Made by a program: the position numbers and the translations under genes. A DNA stretch of 64,000 nucleotides from Octopus sinensis (Eukaryota), in NCBI RefSeq assembly GCF_006345805.1, contig NC_042997.1, positions 88,102,001 through 88,166,000 on the forward strand. The letters are read 5' to 3'. The notes beneath the pieces are model-generated. The model made no database searches. It worked only from the letters and a program-made list of their open reading frames with translations, and was not told where the DNA came from. The stretch's first letter is position 1, and every line of letters starts with the position of its first letter. Positions 53,716-64,000 of the stretch are shown here, piece after piece.

Positions 53716-56214
53716 TGGTTCCATGTACAAACATATCTGATATACATGAAGCATTGCATTGCCTTTAATTTTCCTTAACTAATTAATTAATGTTTTTGGA
53801 AATTTTGTGTTCAATAGAAGTCTTGACATCTGAAGAGTTTGGTGTGCAGGGCTGTTGAATCAGGAGGTTGTGTTTTTTCAATTATTGCTGTAGGAAAGAT
53901 ACATTGCTCTTATTGTCCTAATCTATCTCTGTTGGAAAATAAGGTTCAAGTTAGCAGTTTGAATTCACGTTCATAAGGCTGTTATTATGAAACATCATTC
54001 ATTTGTAAAATTCTTTGTTTTTCCAATTCATACAGTTTGGTTAAAAACCATACATTCATTAAAGGAAAGAATGTAAAATCATTCTAGCAAACAATGTTGA
54101 AAAGATTTGTATTTAAGTTACTCTATCATCAATAAATAACAACTATTAGAAAGGGTAATAATGTTTTTATTCAGCACTCTGCTCATTCACCCATATGACA
54201 GTGTGCAGACATATACACAAACACACAAGCTCCCACCTAGAAACAGAGCATTTTTATTATATAGAACAGACAACACCTTTTGTCGTCATGATACTCACAT
54301 ACAGATATATGCATAAAGATACTCGTAAATACATACAAATACACAAGCATGTACACTCAATGAATTGTTAGCATTCTAATAGTTACATATATTTATATAA
54401 ATATAATTTGTATTCAGTACAAGTACACCCAGATGCATATACACAACAACACACGTTGATTTACGTTAACACATAGCCCTGCACATAATGAGAATTGTTT
54501 TCAATCACACTATTTGTCTTCATGGCACAAACGTGCGCATTCATACTCATGTGCATACACATATATCAAACGTACTTGTCAAACAGCATCACATGCACAT
54601 ATCTATCTATATTCATTATTGTCATTATCAGTGGCATCACTATTATTGACAACAATTACAAATTGCTTGCAGTTTACAATGCTTTCATAGAACAGATAAC
54701 AGGCTTGTTCTTCATGATACACACACGCCATATACTCACATGTGCATGGAACCACATTCTCAGATACACAAAATCTCCCTGCCACCACCAATCACCATGT
54801 ATATATTGATTAGTTCATTGTAAACCTAGCTGTTCTGTTCAATAGGTTTGATTAGTTGACGTTCTTGTCGGGACAATGCTGAGGAAAGTAATACAATAAA
54901 ACTGACACAAACTGAAACTTTGTCTCTTCAGAGTTGTGTGTATTATGGTGTGTGTGTGTATATGTGTGCTTGGTTAAGTGTTTTGCTGTGGAGAAGTATA
55001 TATGTTTAGGATGTGTAGCTTTGGAAAGTGTTTTTGATAGATGTATGTGTATGCTTATAAAAAATATGTGTGTACATTTAATATATGTAATTAAGAATGC
55101 AAGTATTTGTGAAGGTTTGAATGTGTAGGAATCTTTCTGCTAGGTTGCCTGTCTGCTTTCTTGCCACCTACAAGTCATTATAAATGCAAAGGTTTACACT
55201 TATACAGAGTGAAGCTGCTTTGCAGAAATAAACATCAGGTATATAGAGCTGTGTGAACGTTTTCCATAATGATCCTACAAAAATCCTGGAGTACATATCC
55301 TCTGCTGAGGTAAGATGAAACACTTTTAACACTTGCATTGTCCTTACATTCACAACCAATTGCAACTTTGCACTATTCTTGTTGGTGAAAGCAAAAGCAT
55401 AACAATAGCTAGTGTTAAGCCAGTGAGAAACTTCCATATACTTCTTAACCTACTCTGTATAACCAGAAGCAAAATTACCCTCAGCAAATTTCTAACAAAA
55501 TTACCTACTTTGAGTCTCTATATTTTATAATAAGATGGTTACAGTTGATGTCATGATAAATGAAATTCATTTCAGTATATGCAAAGAAGGCATTACCCAA
55601 TTGTAACACCAGAGACATCTTGAGTCTACATATCTATGGTGACGGATTTATAAGTTATCTTAACTATTTGACGTTTAACTCTAGGTCTTCCCTGATCAAG
55701 CAGACCTGTGGTCAAAGGTAGTTCAACTTTGGTCATCCTGTCTTTTCTTTTAAGATTATTAGGAGTGATATAAGTAAGATTTGGTTATTATTTCTAGTAG
55801 ATCAAATATCCTTCAGTAAAGACTACTTCTGTAGCTCCTAAGCATTATCTTTTTCGGTGCCATTAGCCTATCCAAGCCAACCTTGCAAACTCAGCAATAA
55901 TAAAAGCAACTGGACTTTGCTGATTTAATTCCATCATTGATTCTACTTGAATATTAGACAAGTAATTGAATGAGTAACAATTGAGGGCAAGATCTTAATA
56001 TGAATATAATATAGTCTGTGTCTGAATTGATGTTTCATAAAATAATAAAAAGTCTTTATTGAAGAATTCCTTTCAGTTTTATCTTCTTTCTCTACTCATT
56101 GTTATTATTATCATTGTCATATATGAATATTATATGAAAGCAGCTCCCACATAATGTAACAAACTCTATTTTTGTACTGCACCTCCATATTCTGTTTCAA
56201 TGTTGTTATATACT

Positions 56215-56438
56215 TTAACCCTTTAGCATTTAAGCTAGCCATATCAAGCCCTACTATTCTGTGTTATGCTCAAACAGGCCAAATTCACCTTTCACACCTA
56301 CCCTACACAGGTCATTCTAAAAATAAGCAACCACATTATCAAAACCTTGAAGCTACAAAATAATACATGATCAATTCAAAACACTGTAAATCAATAAGCA
56401 TTACATTTGACAGAGTAATCTGAATGCCAAACGGTTAA
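56215..56438 (+). mobile_element. piggyBac-like MITE
   Basis: TTAACCCTTTAGCATTT...GAATGCCAAACGGTTAA. Confidence 0.75.
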
Positions 56439-56912
56439 TATAAGCAACATCTGTAAAACAGGAATTTATACAGGCCCCTAGATCAAACTGGTCCATATGT
56501 TCGGAATACTGAATTTGTGCATCACTCACAAGTATTTGATAGGTTACTTCTTTACCAGTGAAGAAAACCTAACGTGGGTTACTTCACAAGAACGATATCA
56601 CTTACTCACATTGGAAAACATAATATAATGTTGAGAATTAAACGAGAATGAACGTAGATGGTAGAGACAGCTATTCTATATCAAGTCATTAAAGAGAAAA
56701 GGGTGACAGACACTTCAGCAAGCTTTTATACTTGAATGTTTAAATAAAATCAGTGGTTGTGTGATAGAAGAGTTGGTGGGAGTTATGTACACATGTCAAT
56801 GCTATCTAAATAATAGTTTGATAATAATCACATTGCCTGTAGATGTTTGTGAATCTGTACACTTACAGAAGAGATGAGCAGATATTCGGCTTATGCATGT
56901 GTGTTTTAAGTG

Positions 56913-56944
<32 letters not shown>

Positions 56945-57231
56945 CATACATGTAGAAAAATCTCCATCCACCAATATATGTTTTTAAAATCTCCAAAAAC
57001 AGAACAAAATTACAATATAGAGAATGATTTATGATGCATATTTTCTCACAGAAGTAATGAAAGCAGCCCACTGGTATCATTCATTCACGTCATGTTTCTA
57101 TTGAAGTGTACAGCATCCCAATGATATTATGAAACTGTATGGCAACATAACAGATTGGTCACTTAACACATATGCACAAACATGCACACACACACAGACA
57201 TATTATTATTCAAGGTTAAAGTGGTTAAGTT

Positions 57232-57298
<67 letters not shown>

Positions 57299-57658
57299 TA
57301 TATGGGGGTCAGTTCATTCGATTCAAAATCCTTCTAAGCATTGGTGCTCCAGCATGGCTGCAGGCTAATGACTGAAACAAGTAAAAGATGATAGATAAAA
57401 GGTTCTAGTTATAGTACACAACATTTCTGTTGTATAAATACATTACTTATCAATGTTCTTAAAAGAATAAACACCAAGCTCAACATGTTTTTAAATTTTC
57501 AATCAAACTGATAACAGTTACTGATATTTTCCTAATTCTTCTTAATTAAGAGTTGTATGTTTCAATCTAGAATTAAATATTGAAAGATATAGTGATAGAT
57601 TGATTTCTTTATCAGGAGCTTCCTTACTGCTTGATGCATGATGTGTATGTATATCTAT

Positions 57659-57739
<81 letters not shown>

Positions 57740-59929
57740 CATGGCTTGGTGGTTAGGATGTTACATTCACTAGATCATACATTCAATTCCTGAACTAGGC
57801 AGCATGTTATGTTTTTGAGCAAAACTTTTCACTTTACATTGCTCTGTGGGTTGTAGAGTAGCAGAATTGTTTGTACATTAGTGGAAATGCTTTATGGTAT
57901 ATCTTCCACCTCTCTGCATTCTGAGTTCAGATCCCACCTGCCTGGAGATGGCAATGGGAAACCACTCCAGTATTCATCCCAAATCTAGTCAGGGTTGCTG
58001 AAGTTCTAGCAATTTACTTCATGGTGGCAGAGGAGTGTACGGGCCCTCCCAGGTTGTATAGAGTGTGCTGAAGAAGATTAACATGCACAGGACCTGCCCA
58101 AGAGCAGACCACTGGTAGAGATAGACACACACACATAATTAAGCTGTAAATCCCTGTCTATGAGATAATTAAAAATATGTGGTTGACACTTAAATAATGT
58201 AACAGACTTGACAGTATTTTAATAATGTTTTGAGAAGAATTCATTCCGTATTTAACTGTGAAATCAACGGTTACCATTTACCTTTAGATTTGGAACAATA
58301 TTTGAACAGATTCAGTATTAAATAGTCAGAATCTAAATAAATTGTCAACTATTAAGAGTTGACAGTAAAATAGTGTGTAAATTTACAAATACTTCATATC
58401 AATTTACTCATTTTGGCAAATTAAATATAAATTGAAATTAAAGATAGAATTTCTTTGTTTTTTTTTTCTTTTTTTCTTATAACAGTTTATAATTCAATGC
58501 ATCATTACTTAAAGCTTTCCATGACTGTATTTTTCTTTTTAAAGTACACTGCATTTCATTTCAAATAATATTGAAAATAATGAGGAATTTATGAAAAAAA
58601 CTGTCATTATTAAGGTGTTGTGTGGTACATAAATTAACATGAAATTCTGATTTTAATTTAGATCATTTTAAAACTGGCAGTTTGTATCATAGGACCAAGG
58701 GTAGTTTTACGTGGATTGGCCTTAGTTACATATAATATAGTATTGTTGTTTATAATCCCTTCATTTTAGAAGGGATGTGTGATAAGAAGCTTGCTTCCTA
58801 GCCACATGGTTCTGGGTTCAGACCCACTGTATGGCAGCTTGGGCAAGTGTCTTCTACAATAGCCGCAGGCTGACCAAAGCCTTGTCAGTAGATTTGGTAG
58901 ACAGAAACTGAAAGAAGTCCATTATATATATGTATATATATATATATTTATGCATGTGTGTCTTTGTCTGTCCCACCACCATCGTTTGACAACTGATATT
59001 GATGTGTTTACATTCCTGTAACTTAGTGGTTCGGCAAAAGAGACCGATAGAATAAGTACTAAGCTTACAAAGAATAAGTCCTGGGGCTAGTTTCTTTGGC
59101 TAAGACCCTTTGAGGCAGTGCTCCAGTATGTCCACAGTCAAATGACTGAAGCAAGTAAAAAAATAAAAGAATATCTAAAACTGTTTTATCTAGTACACCC
59201 CACCACCTTTCTTTTTAAAAAAACAGTAAGATGTAATTTAGTGAAGATTTACATGCTAATTCTGGTAGATCAAATAACTACATTAAAGGGTCCTTCATAA
59301 AATATGTTAAATACTGGTAGAAACCATCTCCTTACAGATAATTTATGGAGGGATAGAAATTGTACCAGTATGAATGACAGAAAGGAATAGAAATAGCTCA
59401 AAAGAATCTTAATTTACTTTCTTCAGTTCATATCCTCAACTAAATTAGTAGCTAAATCTTTTTCTCCCTTAACCGTATTGCTCCTTAACTCCTTGCTCTT
59501 GTTTTTTTTTTTTTTTCTGCAAGAGTTTAAAATCAACATTATTAGCTACATAAACATCTAGTTATCCCTGTTTTTCAATATACGAAGGTCTGAGGTCTGA
59601 AAAGGTTATGGCCTCTGTTTAACTTTCCTCTTTGGACTAATTAATATAATCACTTGAAAACAAAAGGACAAGTTTAATCGATATAATTGCCTACTCTCAT
59701 ACATAAGTTAATTGAGATAAATGGTTGATGCCTCTCACTTGCAATGCATTCTTTGTATTGACATAGCAGAAATACCTTTCTTCTTAACCCCATGAGACCT
59801 AAATACTCTTGAATTAAGGTTTGAAAAGTAATTAACAGATGTTATTGAAATATAACACGATAAATCTAAATCCTCAGCCTTCAGTTATGGGACATTAAGA
59901 TATTACATCTTTATTATTTAGACAGGAAT

Positions 59930-60560
59930 AAGGTGGTGGTGAGCTGGCAGAATTGTTACCACAAAATCTTTAGCAGTAATCTTTCTGACTCTTCAATTTT
60001 TGAGTTCAAATTCCACTGAGATCAACTTTGCCTTTCATCCTTCCAGTTGTGTACTGAGGTTGATGTAATCAACTCACCTCCTCCCCCAAAATTTCAGGCT
60101 TGTGCCTATAGTGGAAAGAATTATTATCATCATCATTATCATCATCATGAAAGCAGCGAGCTGGCAGGATCATTAGCTTGCTAGGCGAAATGCTTGGTGG
60201 TATTTCGTCTGCTACTACGCTCTGAGTTCATACTCCACTGATGTCGACTTTGCCTTTCATCTTTTCAGGGTCAATAAATTAAGTGAAGCACTGGTGTCAA
60301 TGTGATTGACTAGTCTCCTCCCACCAAATTTCAGGCCTTGTGTCTTTAGTAGAAAGGATTATTATTATTATAAGGGTAGCTGGCTAAAAGAATTGTTATC
60401 ACACAGGACAAAATGCTTAGAGGCATTTCTTCCAGTTCTTTATGCTCTGAGTTCAAATGTCACCATGCTCAGTAGTCGGGTGGCAATGTAAGTGATTTCC
60501 CCTTCCTCTCAAAAACAAAAAAAACAAAAAAAAAATGCTGGCCTTGTGCCAAAATTATAA
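59930..60560 (+). mobile_element. Three head-to-tail tRNA-derived SINE copies separated by (ATT)/(ATC) tracts
   Basis: Units start ~59930, 60148, 60372; same family as 11123-12000. Confidence 0.75.
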
Positions 60561-61714
60561 AGAATATTTACACAAGAATTGTATTTTTCAAGGGTTAACA
60601 ATGAAATGATAATTTTTTTCTTTAATAACATTATTTGCAAAGGTAAATTAATTAATATTGTTAATATTAAAGTATTAGTATTTAGTTTTACCATTTACTA
60701 CAAATATTAGATAGTTACAATTTATTTCATATTTTTTATTTAATTCAATTTGAATGCATTTATCAGTCAGGGTTATTTACACTTTGGTTGTACTTTTTAC
60801 CAAATTTAGATCTGGAGCTGAATTTTTTTTACTTCATTTATATTAAGTCCCTTCATACATCAACTTCATTTATATTAAGTCCCTTCTCACATCAACCCTT
60901 TTCTATTCTCCTAGATTTTTGAGTCCTTGCACCCTTATATAAAATAACTTTTTAGGTAATATGTGTAAATATTTACTAATAACAATTTTATACATAGGCT
61001 TCAAAATTATAGGAGTGGAATGAGATTATATGATATTCATGCCTTTCTTATATTTGTATTAAAATAAAATGAGTTGATTTCAATCAGGAATTGAAACCAA
61101 ATCACAGGCTTCACTTTCCAAACAGTTACTGCCTCCTCCATGATAAGCACCTATATATTTAGAAATTATTGATTTCTTATACTGGTACAAAGTCACAAAT
61201 TTGATATGGGGCAAGGGTAGCATTATGTGGCATTCATGCCTTTCTGAAGAGTATTTGCAACGTAAGTGAAATTGTATTATTACAACCAGGAAATGAAAGT
61301 GTGTTATTGTTGACATACCCTCTTCCTCTTCAACACTCACCACATATTTACTAAGATATTGACATAGTAAATCAAACAGATATTTGTGAAGAAATCTTTT
61401 TATTTACATTTTGTTTGCATGTTATTTTTCAGGTATTTGTTGCTTCAGCTATTTATGTCAACAACACTAATAATAATCTTTTCTAAAATAAATATAAACA
61501 GTTTTAATTCTCTCCCACTCAAGTTTTTTTTCAAATCTTAAATTTAATTCAAAAATATGTATTTTCCATTCACGTTTCAATAAATTCAACATCAGATTTT
61601 AGTTGTATTTATAGATTTTATCTTTCACTCTGTTTTTCTTTATCCCCAAGTGATTGTTTTAAAAAGGAATTACTCTTTCTAGACTCCCCCTACCTTCTTC
61701 TCAGCTCTTCTTAG

Positions 61715-61871
61715 CATTCATGTGATATTCCAAGCTAGGTTCAGACGTGCCGCTTCACACAAGCATAATTCTAAGCATCTCTTTACTCGTTCAATCGACA
61801 TCAATTCGATGAGTGTTAACATTTTCTCGGCGAAAGCTGCTGTACTGAGTGTGTACGAGGTGTGGAGCTAA
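61715..61871 (+). other. Candidate exon in a CpG-rich unique island: IHVIFQARFRRAASHKHNSKHLFTRSIDINSMSVNIFSAKAAVLSVYEVWS*
   Basis: Pyrimidine-rich acceptor 'ccttcttctcagctcttcttag|C' (and an alternative at 61738) in phase 2, matching the 5610 donor; about nine CpGs in 160 bp. Could instead be UTR or promoter. Confidence 0.3.
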
Positions 61872-64000
61872 TCACTCTCTCTGTGAGTTCTTCAATACAT
61901 CTTCATCTGTTTGTTTATTTATCTGTTCATTCATTTCATTGACTCTTCCTCTCGTACTACAAATTCTACTACTATTTATACTAATAATACAACAGGTGTT
62001 ATTATATCAAAGAATTTATTCTCATTATTATTGTTTCTGTCTTCATGTCATTTTTGTGATAAAATTAATTTTTTTATAATGTTCACTTTATTGCATTGTT
62101 TTTTATTGTATTTTTAATTTTTTTTTTTTTTGTTACTGTGGAAAATACTGAAATTAATTTTTTTTTAGCTGGGTTTAATCAAATAAGTACCAGTAATATA
62201 CTGAGATATATTCACTTGACTATACCCAACCTTTCACACAATTTTGCCTTTTACCTTGTCAAAAACATCATACCAACATTAGTAACATCTTCGTTGTTGT
62301 TATTCTCATTATTACAAAGAAATCACTAATTATTGTTATTTTCATGTTGTTTTGTTATTTTTAATGCCAACATTTCTGTTACTGCTCTAGTTATTGTACA
62401 TTTATAGTTCTCATGCATGCCGTATTCTATTATTGTCATCATTTACAGTTAAGAGGGGAAAGGGTACGGAAGGGTCCTAGTAAATAGCTTAGCTCTTCGT
62501 CCCTTTACACAGCTACTTTAATTTTGTTCTTTATATTTTCTTTTTTTTTTAAACCTTTTATTTCAATGCAACTCCATCTCAGTAACCCCATCATTTAATT
62601 TGATTATCTGTCATCATGACAATCATAATTACCAGTAATGATGATAAAATATTAAAAATAAAATAATAATGATAACACAACACCGACAATGACATTGATA
62701 ATAATGACTTCTTTATAATCTGCCTCAAGGACAGTTGGTAAACAATGTTATGCTATATTTCCCAAAAGCGCTACACAAATAAAAATCATTTAAATACACT
62801 GGTGAATGGGTATAGAAAAATCATCGATCAACAAAAGACAATACAAATCACACCTCTGTCTGTCCCATATACAGAGACAATTAATGACCATGCTCAAACA
62901 CATACGCATTCACATATATATATAAATTAGAAGAATAATTTCTTTATTTTACCCAAAGATTAATATTAACACAGGCATAGGAATACAATGAGAGGGAGAA
63001 AATATTTTAGGGTAAAAAATAATAAAGAATAAAAACAACAAAAAAACCCCAAATGTACAAGCATCGTTAAAATGATGTCTATATATATATGTATATAAAT
63101 ACATAGGTATATGCACAATTATGAATATATACACTCATACATAAAATAATTCACATATATATAGATATACATATATCACACACTGACACATCTACAGACA
63201 CACAGACACACTCATAGATGAATACATGTATGTGTGTGTAGTATGTATAAGTGTCCATAAGTATATATATATATATAAATTTGTGTGGTGTATTATATAT
63301 ATATATATATATATATATAAATTTGTGTGGTATATTATATGTGTCTATGTGTATGTATATATTTTTATACACACACTTATACATCACACACATAGATATA
63401 TTCATCTGTGTGTGTGTGTGTATAATGCATGTATATTATATGTATGTATGCATCAATTTATGTATGCATGTATATATTCATAATTGTGTATATACACTCA
63501 CATGTCATTTTCACAAAAACATCATTTATGTGTGTGTGTGTATTATATACATATATATCTGTTATATATAAATATGTATTTAAATATGTATATAATTTTC
63601 ATATATGCATGTATGTACATAAAACTGTGTGTGTGTACAGACATAACAGTATTTAAAAATGATATTAGAAGATTTCTTTATTGAGCATAAGGGCCAAAGA
63701 TGTGGGGTGGGGTGGGGGGTAGTGCAAAGATAAAATACACATGAAAACAACAAACAACTAGTGGGAAATTTACAACAAATATAATAATAATTACAACAAC
63801 AATAATAAAACTGCTACTATCCAGAATGTTGTGTTATTCTAGCTACATGGAAATACTTTGTCATTAGAAATGCTTTCCTACCTCTAGACAATGCTCTCAT
63901 ATCACTCAGATCATAGTCTTAATATCGTTATGCGTTCTCATTTCTTCTTCTGAAGACATGTCCATACCTCTGTTACTCCACACCTGTGCTTTTGAAATTT

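Noticed and set aside
61660-62010. Minus-strand frame interrupted only by five TGA codons (selenoprotein-like?)
   Set aside because: Expected by chance across six frames of 64 kb; no Sec-type context or SECIS seen.
63703-63720. G-run cluster (also ~16608-16630) as G-quadruplex
   Set aside because: Only three clear G-tracts.

Overview
AT-rich, microsatellite-dense eukaryotic DNA. The (TA)n/(CA)n/(ATT)n load and the SINE/LINE repertoire suggest a coleoid cephalopod, probably Octopus (inference). It reads as mostly intronic sequence: one well-supported coding exon of an unidentified gene (5391-5610, +) and a phase-compatible CpG-rich candidate exon near 61.7 kb. The rest is transposon-derived: Penelope-like fragments of apparently three clades, an R4/Dong-like restriction-endonuclease LINE end, an RTE-type LINE with a PHD-like finger inside its RT, a CR1/L2 RT scrap, mariner/Tc1, hAT and piggyBac MITEs, a Helitron-like tandem cluster and many tRNA-derived SINEs. 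Most notable: a minimal type I hammerhead ribozyme with palindromic helix III (23158-23203, -), a variant hammerhead-like fold (43222-43257), a decayed 5S rRNA fused to a SINE tail (22591-22770), a ~540-bp fold-back palindrome (25269-25810) and an 871-bp tandem duplication bounded by (GT)n. Most ORF-track entries are microsatellite or antisense artefacts. No CRISPR array or intact tRNA/rRNA gene was seen. All family names come from recalled motifs read by eye; no database search was run.
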